Shown here: in pieces, positions 1 to 11,171 of the stretch | Layout of the letters: the number at the start of each line of letters is the position of its first letter | How positions within the stretch are numbered: the stretch's first letter is position 1 | Assembly (NCBI GenBank): GCA_964597545.1 | Contig: CAZQXN010000001.1 | Span: forward strand, 5,655 to 69,654 | Origin: an uncultured Planctomycetia bacterium | Lineage (GTDB): Bacteria; Omnitrophota; Gorgyraeia; 1-14-0-20-64-10 | Length of the DNA stretch: 64,000 nt | Direction: 5' to 3' | Program-made: the position numbers and the translations under genes | Notes under the pieces: generated by a model | The model's database searches: none | Seen by the model: only the letters and a program-made list of their open reading frames with translations | Told to the model about the DNA's origin: nothing

Positions 1-47
1 CCTCCAGGTTCGAAGCCTGTCACTCTATCCAATTGAGCTACGGGCGC
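1..47 (-). tRNA. tRNA-Arg(UCG), 5' part, truncated by window edge
   Basis: Reverse complement GCGCCCG TA GCTC AATTGGATA GAGT G ACAGG CT TCG AA CCTGG AGG gives acceptor 5' strand, D arm and anticodon arm with TCG. Confidence 0.85.
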
Positions 48-95
48 ATTGGTGCCTGGAGGATACGGAGAATGATTGGCGGCAAAGCCCCTATT

Positions 96-890
96 TTACG
101 CCTTTTTAGACCCTTTGGGAGCCCCTTTTAACGCAACCACCTCGGGAGGGGTGAGATACCGCCCGTGCCCTTCGGGCAGGCTCCCCAACTTCAAGGGCCC
201 CATGGAAATGCGGCAGAGGGCCCGGACGCCAATTTCAAGCTCGGAAAAGATCCGCCGGATCTCCCGCTTCTTCCCTTCCCGAAGCAGGAGCTGCAGACGC
301 CTCGGGGAGACCGTCCGAATCCGCTCCACCCGAGCCACTCCTTCTTCTAACCGAATCCCGCGGAGCAGCCGCTTGCACTCAAGAGGAGTTGGCAAGCGGT
401 GGAGCTCAACCTCGTACCATTTCTCCACCTCGTGACGGGGGTGAATCAATCGCTGGGCAAGATCCCCATCATTGGTGAATAGGATCAGGCCCGTAGAGTC
501 CCGATCCAACCGGCCTACAGGAAAAACCCGCCTTGGGGTCTGGCTCCCGCCAGAATCTTGGCGGGTGCCTGACCCCTTTTTGCCTTTAACCAGGGTGGAC
601 GTCAGGGCCGCGGGCAGAAGTTCATAAACCGTTTTCTTGGCAAAGCGGTCAGAAGCGGTGGTGGTGAAACCGGCCGGCTTGTTCAGGAGGAAGTAAACCA
701 ACTCCTCCCAATGGACCCGCTCTCCCCGGAAGATCACCTGATCCTGCTCAGGGTCCACCTGGCGGCCGAGATCGCGGACAACCTCGCCGTTGACAGTAAC
801 CTGGCCTGCCCGGATGAATGTTTCACACTTCCTGCGGGCGGCAATGCCTGCCAGTGCCAGGGCGCGTGCGATGCGCATGGAGTTACCCAT
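96..890 (-). CDS. RsuA/RluB-family pseudouridine synthase
   Basis: N-terminal S4 domain, NKPAG, catalytic GRLD motif, EGKKREIRR. Confidence 0.9.
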   Translation of the reverse strand: MGNSMRIARALALAGIAARRKCETFIRAGQVTVNGEVVRDLGRQVDPEQDQVIFRGERVHWEELVYFLLNKPAGFTTTASDRFAKKTVYELLPAALTSTLVKGKKGSGTRQDSGGSQTPRRVFPVGRLDRDSTGLILFTNDGDLAQRLIHPRHEVEKWYEVELHRLPTPLECKRLLRGIRLEEGVARVERIRTVSPRRLQLLLREGKKREIRRIFSELEIGVRALCRISMGPLKLGSLPEGHGRYLTPPEVVALKGAPKGSKKA

Positions 891-1539
891 CTCGCTTTTT
901 CAAGATGACCCGGGCAGGGGCAGCATCCCCGCCTGCGACCTTCAATGGCAGGCAACAGAGGTGGTAGCGCCCGGGCCGCACCTCGGCGAGGTTCAACCCC
1001 TCAACGATCCAGATGCCGGCCTTGAGGAGGAGGCGATGCGCGTCAGCCCGGTTGTTGTTCCGGAAGCCCCCAACCGAAAGATAATCGATACCTACCATGC
1101 GCACCGGAAGTGCAGCCAAAAACTGCGCTGCAGCTGTTGAGAGATAGACATAATTCTCGCTGAAGCGCTTGGATTTCCAGACCTTCAAGGAGTTACGGGT
1201 TTTGAATAAAATCCGTTCTCCTTTGCGGATGCGGCTTAAGCGCAGCGCGGCAGGCTGGATGGCGTCCGCACTTGGGATCTCGATGACGCGAGCTGGCCCC
1301 ACCGCAGCCTCCAGGGGCAGGTGATCCACCCCGCAGCCTGAGGGGAAATAATGGCGCGGGGCATCCACATGGGTGCCGGCGTGACAGCCCATGACAAGCT
1401 CTGAGACCGTCGAGGAGCCGCCCCGGATAACATCTTTGATGCGGCGGATACGGGTTTTGGGGCTGCCGGGCCAGCGCACCATACCGTTGTGAACGGGGAC
1501 GGTGATGTCGATCCAACCTCTTTTTTGAGATGAAGGCAT
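883..1539 (-). CDS. Cyclase / kynurenine formamidase (KynB-like) family metal hydrolase
   Basis: HAGTHVDAPRH motif, GIDYLS, GGDAAPAR. Confidence 0.88.
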   Translation of the reverse strand: MPSSQKRGWIDITVPVHNGMVRWPGSPKTRIRRIKDVIRGGSSTVSELVMGCHAGTHVDAPRHYFPSGCGVDHLPLEAAVGPARVIEIPSADAIQPAALRLSRIRKGERILFKTRNSLKVWKSKRFSENYVYLSTAAAQFLAALPVRMVGIDYLSVGGFRNNNRADAHRLLLKAGIWIVEGLNLAEVRPGRYHLCCLPLKVAGGDAAPARVILKKRDG

Positions 1540-1614
1540 TTGTGCTCCTTAAGGGTTGACCGCCCGAAATTCTAGCACAGATCCCCAGGAGGCTGCGGCT
1601 CGATCAACCAGGGG

Positions 1615-1644
1615 TTGACACATTAGGGGATTTTTCTTTATTCT
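1615..1644 (+). promoter_or_regulatory. Putative sigma70 promoter for the HTH gene
   Basis: TTGACA-N18-TATTCT upstream of 1732. Confidence 0.5.
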
Positions 1645-1731
1645 GAGCAAAATTGGAGTTACCATAACTTAGCACAAATAAGCACAACTGAGCATTAGAG
1701 CATCTCGCCAGGCAACACAAAGAGAGGGTGT

Positions 1732-1971
1732 ATGTCGACAGAAGACCGCCTGATGAGTCTAAAAGAGGTTGCAGAGTACCTTTCGATCCACGAGATGACC
1801 CTCTACACTTTGATCCAAGAAACCAATATCCCTGCTATGAAGCTCGGGGGGCAGTGGCGGTTCAAAAAGAGCCTGCTGGACAAGTGGGTCTCTGAAGAGA
1901 TGAACCGCAAGCACCTCGCCATCGAGACAAAGACAGAAGAAAAGGGCTGCGACGAAACACCGCAGCCCTAA
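1732..1971 (+). CDS. Small excisionase/BldC-like helix-turn-helix DNA-binding protein
   Basis: LMSLKEVAEYL...TLY...IPAMKLGGQWRF pattern; GAGGG RBS. Confidence 0.85.
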   Translation: MSTEDRLMSLKEVAEYLSIHEMTLYTLIQETNIPAMKLGGQWRFKKSLLDKWVSEEMNRKHLAIETKTEEKGCDETPQP

Positions 1972-1989
1972 CCATAAACCAACAAACTT

Positions 1990-2014
1990 AAAAGCAGCCC
2001 ATCGGCTGCTTTTT
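1990..2014. terminator. Bidirectional intrinsic terminator
   Basis: AAAAGCAGCC-CATC-GGCTGCTTTTT between convergent genes. Confidence 0.75.
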
Positions 2015-2017
2015 CTT

Positions 2018-2557
2018 TTAGGGCACCTGGATCGTTTTCTGCCCCGGTTTCCAGCTGCAGGGGGTCAACCCCCCGGTCTGGAGGGCATCCAAGACCCTTA
2101 ACACCTCTTCTGGATTGCGCCCGACGCTTAAGTCGGTCACCATGGAAAAGCGGATGATGCCATCGGGATCCACCAGGAAGGTGGCGCGCTGTGCCACTCC
2201 CTCCTTGCGGTCGATGATCCCCAGGGCGGTTGAGAGTTCCCGCTTTAAATCCGCCAGCATCGGAAAGGGCAGTGTGGCAAGTTCCTCCTTCTGCTGCCGC
2301 CAGGCCAGATGCACAAACTCTGAGTCGGTGCTCCCGCCCAACACCTGAGCCCCTCGCTTGGAGAATTCAGGTGTGATCTTGCCGAAAGCCTCAATCTCTG
2401 TCGGGCAAACAAAGGTGAAGTCCTTCGGCCAGAAGAAGACCACCAGCCACTTGCCTTTGGTGGTATCGTTGCTGACCTCGACAAAGGCATCTTTAGCGCT
2501 GTTGGAGACAACCCCTTTAAGGCGAAACTCAGGAAACCGATCACCAACACTCAACAT
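2018..2557 (-). CDS. ahpC: 2-Cys peroxiredoxin AhpC
   Basis: DFTFVCPTE, GRNPEEVLRVLDALQ, resolving Cys in TPCSW; ATG at 2557 after GGAGG. Confidence 0.92.
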   Translation of the reverse strand: MLSVGDRFPEFRLKGVVSNSAKDAFVEVSNDTTKGKWLVVFFWPKDFTFVCPTEIEAFGKITPEFSKRGAQVLGGSTDSEFVHLAWRQQKEELATLPFPMLADLKRELSTALGIIDRKEGVAQRATFLVDPDGIIRFSMVTDLSVGRNPEEVLRVLDALQTGGLTPCSWKPGQKTIQVP

Positions 2558-2587
2558 AGAATGAACCTCCTTGATATTGCGAGAGAG

Positions 2588-2625
2588 AAAAACGACGGGA
2601 TTGAAGGATAGACTCAATCCCGTCG
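2588..2625 (-). terminator. Intrinsic terminator downstream of tRNA-Met
   Basis: 12-bp stem CGACGGGATTGA/TCAATCCCGTCG followed by a T-run on the minus strand. Confidence 0.65.
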
Positions 2626-2697
2626 ATGTAACTGCTTGAAAACAAAAGAATTATGACTAGCGGGGCCTGGATTCGAACCAGGGACCTTCAGGTTATG

Positions 2698-2964
2698 CGT
2701 ACCACTTCAGCTTTCGCTGCCTCGCCAAAGCTACCGGCAAGTTTGTGGTCTGGACTATCTCTTCGCCCCATGAGATCACATCAATCCCACGGGGTGCCCA
2801 TCGTTTAGTCTCTACACCTCTCCGCCAAAAACGAGATTGCTTCGTCCCGCTGCAAGCGGGCCTCGCAATGACAGGCGGATTTGGCTCGGGATTCCCAGTG
2901 AAGGGTTCCCCGAATTTGACAGGTGATCTTTCCCTGCATTGCTGCAGGGACGCCCATTGACTTG
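2698..2964 (-). ncRNA. Group I self-splicing intron (IC3-like), 267 nt, no homing endonuclease
   Basis: Inserted after U33, ends in G; P (AAATTCGGGGAA), Q (AATCCCGAGCCAA), R (GTAGAGACTA), S (AAGAGATAGTCC); P1 GCU|CA:UGGGC with U.G wobble; GNRA hairpins. Confidence 0.92.
2833..2872 (-). repeat. REP-like palindromic element copy 1, inside the intron
   Basis: GTCATTGCGAGG-CCCGC TTGCA GCGGG-ACGAAGCAATCTC; matches the element at 17801. Confidence 0.7.
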
Positions 2965-3043
2965 AGCCTGACGAGCTACCAGACTGCTCCACCCCGCAAT
3001 GGTAACTGTGTATTATAGACCTGACCTGGGGGCCATGCAAGGG

Positions 3044-3853
3044 TTACCCCGATAGCAGCCGGCAAACAGCGCAGTTCCAGCCCGCAGGCCCAACTCCTTC
3101 GGACCGCTCAAGGTGGCTTACATGGATCTTGTCCCAGGCGCCACCCGGCTTTTGAACCAACAGGGGCAGATCAACCGCCGCCAACATGGGTTCATCATTG
3201 CGGCTGTCTCCAATCCCTACGGTCCTGATCGCTCCGAACTGCTGCCTGAACAAACCGCTTAAGAGGGTAACGGCCTTGCCCTTGTCATTCGGGCCCATGG
3301 CATGGTGAAAGATGCCGCCGTGCACTCCCTGGAGCCCCTTGCGCTCCAGAGCCTCAAGAAAAGCCTTCTCTTGCTCTTGCGGAGAATCCAGCTTGACAGT
3401 TTCATCGTATTCCCGCGCCTTGGCCCGTTCGGCGTCGTCCAGGGCAAGGCCGGTTGCTCTGGCAACCTCTTCGGGAGACATCTCTCCAAATCCGGTAAAG
3501 GAGAGGGGGGTCTCAGCCTGAATCTCCTTTAAGCGCCTGCGGATTTCAGGGTAGGGTAAGCCGATTTCGATGACATCAAATCCCTCTAGGGAGCGCTGGA
3601 ACAGGTAAGGGGCCTGAAAATATCCTTTCGGAATGAAGATGGCGCCGCCATTCTCAGAGATAAAGGGGTGGTGAATTTGGAGCTTCTCCTGGATGACAAC
3701 CAGCTCCGCCCGCGTCTTGGCAGAGCAGAAGATAAGGGGCACTTGCCGCGAACGGACGAGCTCCAGCCCCTCCTGAGCCTGGGTGTGGGAATAGGTTTTG
3801 TACTCCAGGAGGGTGCCATCCAGATCGGTAAAGAGGATTAGCTGTGCGTCCAT
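3044..3853 (-). CDS. mpgP: Mannosyl-3-phosphoglycerate phosphatase (HAD IIB)
   Basis: FTDLDGTLL, SAKTRAE, ENGG, GDSRND motifs; linked to mpgS; ATG at 3853. Confidence 0.88.
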   Translation of the reverse strand: MDAQLILFTDLDGTLLEYKTYSHTQAQEGLELVRSRQVPLIFCSAKTRAELVVIQEKLQIHHPFISENGGAIFIPKGYFQAPYLFQRSLEGFDVIEIGLPYPEIRRRLKEIQAETPLSFTGFGEMSPEEVARATGLALDDAERAKAREYDETVKLDSPQEQEKAFLEALERKGLQGVHGGIFHHAMGPNDKGKAVTLLSGLFRQQFGAIRTVGIGDSRNDEPMLAAVDLPLLVQKPGGAWDKIHVSHLERSEGVGPAGWNCAVCRLLSG

Positions 3854-5472
3854 TGGATAAGCAAGCAGACCAAGAGGATGAAACCAAAGTAGAGGAGGAT
3901 CAGCCGGTAGCGGCTGCCCCAGGCAATGCGCGAAACCGAGGCGCCGGTATCCCACTGCACCCAGGGAGCCCCAGCTTGAGCAAGCCTCGCCAGGGAACAG
4001 AGCGCGGCTACCCCAACGACTGTGATAAAACCGGTCACATTCCACCAAAGCCAGGAGATCTCGGTGAATTGCCAGAGACAAATGTTGACTGCAATTCCGG
4101 CGACCACCCCAAGCTTCACTGCCCCCGCATGGACCCAGCGCGTGGCAACCCCCAACAGAAAGGCCGCCAGGATCGGTCCATACAGCAGGGATCCCACCGC
4201 ATTGATAAGAACGAGGGTGGTTTGCCGGGTCGCTTCACCGATGGCTGCGAATTGCAGGGCTGCCGCAACACAGAAGAGGCCCCACAAACCGGTGCAGAGC
4301 TTGGAAACCTTAATGAGCTCCGCTTCCCCTGCGTGGGGTCTTAAATGCCTCTGATAGAAATCCTTGACCGTCACCGCACTTAAGGAATTTAACGCCGAAT
4401 CAAGGCTCGACATCAGTGCCGCCATGATCGCTACAAAGATCAGCCCGATCACCCCGTGAGGTAAGAATCCCAGGATAAAGAAGGGGAGCATCCGGTCTGG
4501 ATCGCGTCCCAGGGCTTCGGAGACGGCGGCGGTATCCATCTGCAGTGCTGAGGCAATCCTGGGCAGGGTTTCCGGCAAAGTAAAAACTGCTCCCACGAAA
4601 ACACCCACGAGGCAGTAGGCCAACACAACAGGAAAGCGGCCCAAGGCATTCACCATGAGGGATTGGCGGCTCCCATCCAGGGAGGGGACGCTGATCTCCC
4701 GCTGCATCTGGCTCTGATCGCAGCCATAGTAAGAGGCATAGAGAAAGATCCCGCCGATCAACATGGGCCAAAAACCGTACTTGCCCTCTGGGGTAAGGCC
4801 CCACTGGTGAAAATGAAGGATTTGGGCTCGCCCCGGCTCGAAAGCCGCCCAGGCCCCTTCCCAGCCGACAATCGAGAGGGCGGTCGCACCGCAGATCAGG
4901 ACCCCAACAACGATGATCCCCATCTGGAGCACATCGGTCAGGATCACCACCCTTAAGCCTCCTAAAATGTCATAGAGGATGGTGATTGCTCCAACGAGAA
5001 CAATGGCGGTTGCCGTCGGAATGGATAAAACCGTTGAGAGCACCAATCCCCCTGCCAGCACCGCCACCGCAGTGGCCAAACCCCGCCCCAGCAGAAAGAG
5101 GAAGCTCACCAGCGTTCGGGTGGAGCTGTCGAAGCGTTGCTCAAGATAGCTGTAGATGCTGACCCGATTCCTTTGATGCAGAGTAGGCAGCAAAACAGCC
5201 ATCACCAGCAAAAGCCCCAAGGGGACGCCAAACTCATAGCAGAGCCACTTGAGCCCCCCTCCGGGTTTCAGGGCCACAAAGGCAGGGGCCGAGATGAAAC
5301 TGATGGCAGACAGCTGCGTTGCCATCGTGGAAAGCCCGGACTGCCATCCAGGAGTTTGACGGCCGGCCAAATAATAATCTTGAAGGGTGCGCTGGGAAGT
5401 GCTCAGGCGTGCAGCAATCCAGAGGATGACAACGATGTAAAGCAGGAGGGCAGTCCAGTCGAGGAAGTTCAT
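3838..5472 (-). CDS. Sodium:solute symporter (SSS) family transporter
   Basis: DYYLAGR, SIYSYLEQRF, GGLRVVILTDVLQ, AALMSSLDSALNS; about 13 hydrophobic segments. Confidence 0.9.
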   Translation of the reverse strand: MNFLDWTALLLYIVVILWIAARLSTSQRTLQDYYLAGRQTPGWQSGLSTMATQLSAISFISAPAFVALKPGGGLKWLCYEFGVPLGLLLVMAVLLPTLHQRNRVSIYSYLEQRFDSSTRTLVSFLFLLGRGLATAVAVLAGGLVLSTVLSIPTATAIVLVGAITILYDILGGLRVVILTDVLQMGIIVVGVLICGATALSIVGWEGAWAAFEPGRAQILHFHQWGLTPEGKYGFWPMLIGGIFLYASYYGCDQSQMQREISVPSLDGSRQSLMVNALGRFPVVLAYCLVGVFVGAVFTLPETLPRIASALQMDTAAVSEALGRDPDRMLPFFILGFLPHGVIGLIFVAIMAALMSSLDSALNSLSAVTVKDFYQRHLRPHAGEAELIKVSKLCTGLWGLFCVAAALQFAAIGEATRQTTLVLINAVGSLLYGPILAAFLLGVATRWVHAGAVKLGVVAGIAVNICLWQFTEISWLWWNVTGFITVVGVAALCSLARLAQAGAPWVQWDTGASVSRIAWGSRYRLILLYFGFILLVCLLIQWTHS

Positions 5473-5499
5473 CCCGGAACCGCCAGAACGACCAGGGGG

Positions 5500-6688
5500 T
5501 TAAACCTTCCCCTCCTTAACCAACCTGGCATAGGGGGTAGGCTCAAGGTCCTTTAAGAACGCATCCAGGTTGATGGAGGACAGCGGCGGATAGCGGCGAG
5601 GCTGTGGGGGTTTTTGTCCGCGCCGCAGGAAGCGGAAGCGGACCATCTCGTCATACACCTCTTCCCGAACACTCTTGGGGCAAGCGGGGGAGTGGTAGAT
5701 CACCTGCATGGCAGCGTAGAGCATGCCGCCAACATGATCGTCATCCCCGGCCTCATGGAGGTGGGGGTTGCGAGATTCAATCTGGCTGACCTGAACCTTG
5801 TGCTTCATCACATCCGGATCCGGCCCCACTGAAAGCCCGCCGAACTTCTCAATGAGATTCATGATGTGATACGGCTCAATGGAGTAGCCTCCGGAGTAAT
5901 CCAAGCGCATGGCCAGATCCGTGGTCATGGCATGCTCGCCGGAGTTTCCGGTCTTGATGATCTCGGTCTCATAGCCGGTGTAGGCGCTGATCAAGCGGTT
6001 GAGGAGGCGGTTGGTGTGGCTGGAGGTCCGCCCCCACTTATGGAAAAAGATCTTGGACTCGGCAATCTTGGGCTTGCTGTTCCAAGAGATTCGAACCTTG
6101 GCATAGGGAGATTTGTTCATGATGAAGCCGGCGGCATACTCCCGGATGTACTCCTCCACCGCTCCCGGAAAGTAGTTGTCGGCATCGACAAAACCGACGT
6201 ACTTCTTGCCGGCAAGCTTGGCCAACAGCATCCCGATCAGCATCCCCTCTCCCTTACCGTCAAAAATCCGCCCCTCTTGATCCAAGATCTTCTGGTAGCC
6301 AACCATCTCAAAGGCCTTGGCCAAGATCGGATCCTTCTGGTGGATGATGAGGGCATGCTTGTTGACGAAGAGGCAGAAGTCCCTGAGGGCATCCTTCTCC
6401 ATGCTGAAGCGGTCTACCGGAGTGCGGGGGCTGTTGGAGACGATGATGATGAGACACGGATGCGGAATTCCGGTTAAGACCCCCTCGACCAGCTTCAAGC
6501 GCTCAGAGCGGACCGGGACCACAATCGCCATCTCCCGCATCACTTCATGGAGGGCTTCGTAGGGAATCTGCTGAATGGCAGAGCCCTTTAAGGGGGTCTG
6601 CTCGCGCCTGAGGCCCGAATCAAGCTCAAGCACCTTCTGGAGCCCTCCGAAGCGGATCGCCCCAAACCGCTCAACCTCTCTGGGAAGT

Positions 6689-6699
<11 letters not shown>
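5500..6699 (-). CDS. mpgS: Mannosyl-3-phosphoglycerate synthase (GT55)
   Basis: GKGEGMLIG, GFVDADNYFPGAV, VRISW..KPK, TGNSGEHAM, ESRNPHLHE. Confidence 0.92.
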
Positions 6700-8891
<2,192 letters not shown>

Positions 8892-8934
8892 GTGGGTTTA
8901 CTCATTGTGAGCAGTGATGACAGTTGTGTAATGC

Positions 8935-9264
8935 TTAATCTGTCAATTTCTGAATCTTTTCCTCAAGCTGGTTCTTGGGCTGGACGCCTATGACCCGATC
9001 GACCTCTTCACCGCCCTTGAAGAAGATGAGGGTCGGGATATTCATCACACCAAACTTGGCTGCCAGGTCCGGATCCTCATCCACATTGACTTTGCCGACG
9101 GTGAACTTCCCTTGATAGTTTTGCGCTAATTCATCGAGGACCGGCCCCACCGCTCGACAGGGTGCACACCACTCGGCCCAGAAATCGATGAGTGCAGGGG
9201 TCTTGGACTGAAGGATCTCGGTTTCAAAGTTGGATTGCGTGACGGCAACAGTCGCTGTGCTCAT
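8935..9264 (-). CDS. trxA: Thioredoxin
   Basis: WAEWCAPC, IPT; ATG at 9264 after AGGAG. Confidence 0.93.
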   Translation of the reverse strand: MSTATVAVTQSNFETEILQSKTPALIDFWAEWCAPCRAVGPVLDELAQNYQGKFTVGKVNVDEDPDLAAKFGVMNIPTLIFFKGGEEVDRVIGVQPKNQLEEKIQKLTD

Positions 9265-9295
9265 GAAAATCTCCTTTACGGGCACCCGGTATCGC

Positions 9296-9307
9296 GTACC
9301 CGGTACC
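9296..9307 (+). repeat. GTACCCGGTACC dispersed repeat
   Basis: Exact 12-mer also at 40634, 58593, 63133 and inverted at 40598 and 58578. Confidence 0.6.
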
Positions 9308-9313
9308 GATGGT

Positions 9314-10540
9314 TTATCGAGATGTCAGATGCAGGTGGGTTCTGCCCGTATAGTATAACAGAGCGATCCCAGCCAGGGCAAAGGATCCGCCGACAACCCC
9401 CAAGACCACGGCCTCGCCCCATCGCTCGGCCATGCTACCGCTGGCCAGCATGGCCGCAATCAAACTGGCATTGACTACTACCCCGAGACTGCTGAAGATT
9501 CGGCCGTGGAGCCGCTCGGGGTGTGCCTCGTGAATCAGGGTGTTGGTCACAATGCCGGCAGGGGTGATAAAGAAGCCCAGGAAGGCCACCGCCAAGGAGG
9601 CCAACGCACGAGACTCGAACCCTGCCACAGCTGCGACAAAGAAGAGGAGGGCCGCGCTGCAGCCCACGAAGGTGATCCCTAAAACCAGCTTGTGGGGCCA
9701 ACGTGTGGCCCACCGGCCATAGGCCAGCGCACCGGTCAACATCCCCCACCCCAGCCACAGCCCCAAGAAACCCAGATCCTTGGTCACCGAGCCCAGGGAC
9801 TGCTGTACCAGCACCGTTCCGGCCACAATGCTGGCTCCTGCGCCGGCCATCAGCAGTCCCAAGAGGCCGATGATCCAGCGGGTGGAGTGATGCAGCCACA
9901 ATTCCTGAATCCCCTCAACGATCTGGTGAAAGATCTTCCTGGCGGTTTCGCCTCGCCGTTTGCGGCCGCGGTGCCTCCGCACAATGAGCGCAATAAAGAA
10001 TGCCGAGGTCAGGTAGCCGGCAGCATTGGCCCAACTGGTTCGGGTGGTCCCCACCCACTCCACCAACAGCGCCCCCACTAAGAGAATGAGCGCCGCTCCA
10101 GTCATCCCCGAGGTCGTAAAGAGGGCATTGGCTTTGGCCAACCGGCTCCTGGAGACCAAATCCGGAATCATGGCAAGCCGGGCCGGAACAAAGAAACTTG
10201 AGAGGGCAAAGAGGGTGAAGATCGCCAAGTAAAAAGAGAACTGGTTGGGGGCTTGTGCTAAGAAGGGCAAAGCAAGGATGGTCCCGGCCCGAATCAAATC
10301 GCAGATGATCATGGTGCGCTTGCGGTCCCAGCGGTCCACATAGGCACCGGCAAAAGGGCTGATCAGCAAAGCCGGAAGCGAGGTCAGTGCCAAAACCTTG
10401 GCCAGGCTCATCGTTGAGCCCGAGGCGCGGGCCGCTGCCAGGGCCACCAACAAAAGCTGGGTCAGTCGATCCCCGCACTGGGAGCAGAGTTGTCCGAGCC
10501 AGAGAAGCCGGAAGTTTCTGTTCTTGAGAAGGGCCAGCAC
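9314..10540 (-). CDS. MFS transporter (DHA3/MFS_3-like)
   Basis: NRNFRLLWLGQ, GAYVDRWDRKR; 12 hydrophobic segments; GTG start at 10540 after GGAGG. Confidence 0.88.
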   Translation of the reverse strand: MLALLKNRNFRLLWLGQLCSQCGDRLTQLLLVALAAARASGSTMSLAKVLALTSLPALLISPFAGAYVDRWDRKRTMIICDLIRAGTILALPFLAQAPNQFSFYLAIFTLFALSSFFVPARLAMIPDLVSRSRLAKANALFTTSGMTGAALILLVGALLVEWVGTTRTSWANAAGYLTSAFFIALIVRRHRGRKRRGETARKIFHQIVEGIQELWLHHSTRWIIGLLGLLMAGAGASIVAGTVLVQQSLGSVTKDLGFLGLWLGWGMLTGALAYGRWATRWPHKLVLGITFVGCSAALLFFVAAVAGFESRALASLAVAFLGFFITPAGIVTNTLIHEAHPERLHGRIFSSLGVVVNASLIAAMLASGSMAERWGEAVVLGVVGGSFALAGIALLYYTGRTHLHLTSR

Positions 10541-10541
10541 G

Positions 10542-11162
10542 CTATGCCTCCGAAAAAGCTCTGTGGCTCTCTCGAAGGATGATGGGCAGCATCGCCAAGG
10601 CTGCCACAGGGTCGGCCCACCACCAGCCCAACCAAGCATTCAGCACCAGACCCACCAAGAGGGCAACAGAGAGATAGCCGCAGATTAAGGTCTCCATGGC
10701 ATCAGCGGCAAGGGCCCGGCTTTTGATTCTTTGGGCAACCCGCAGCTTGCGCAGCACCAGATACGGCATGATCAGGGCCGAGAGAACGGCTAAAACCATG
10801 CCGACATGGCTGACCTGGGGAGCCTCTCGGTGCCACAACATCGTCCCTGCCTCGTAGCCGATATAGCCGGCCAACAGCAAGAAGGTCACGCCGATCACGC
10901 GCAGGGCCCGACGCTCCTGATCTGTGTGCTTGGAATGTGAGCAGCCCAGCTCACAGCGAAGCCTCCAAAGGACCGCGCTGGCGGCTGTGACCTCAATGAC
11001 GCTGTCCAACCCGAAACCCACCAGGGCAATGGAGCCGGCCAGATACCCTGCAATGAGTGCCACCGCCGCCTCGATGACATTCCAGCCGATGGTGACATAC
11101 TCCAACCAAAGGGCCTGCTGGATGAGGTGCCTGGGATTACCCGAGGAGGTCTGTTGTGACAA
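10542..11162 (-). CDS. Cation transporter, CDF-like transmembrane domain only
   Basis: GSIALVGFGLDSVIE, SRALAADA, WWWADP. Confidence 0.82.
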   Translation of the reverse strand: MSQQTSSGNPRHLIQQALWLEYVTIGWNVIEAAVALIAGYLAGSIALVGFGLDSVIEVTAASAVLWRLRCELGCSHSKHTDQERRALRVIGVTFLLLAGYIGYEAGTMLWHREAPQVSHVGMVLAVLSALIMPYLVLRKLRVAQRIKSRALAADAMETLICGYLSVALLVGLVLNAWLGWWWADPVAALAMLPIILRESHRAFSEA

Positions 11163-11171
11163 AGAGGCGCC

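Larger units (their letters stand above)
2658..2998 (-). tRNA. Initiator tRNA-Met(CAU), intron-containing; exons 2998-2965 and 2697-2658
   Basis: Spliced TGCGGGG TG GAGC AGTCTGGTA GCTC G TCAGG CT|CAT AA CCTGA AGGTC CCTGG TTCGAAT CCAGG CCCCGCT A; unpaired 1:72 position typical of fMet tRNA. Confidence 0.92.

Noticed and set aside
2629-2653. IHF-like, att-type AT-rich motif next to the tRNA-Met 3' end as a second island boundary
   Set aside because: No duplicated tRNA-Met fragment or integrase is nearby in the window.
2693-3040. 115-aa ORF across the tRNA-Met intron as a homing endonuclease
   Set aside because: It runs through the tRNA exon and ribozyme core and has no LAGLIDADG, HNH, GIY-YIG or PD-(D/E)xK motif.
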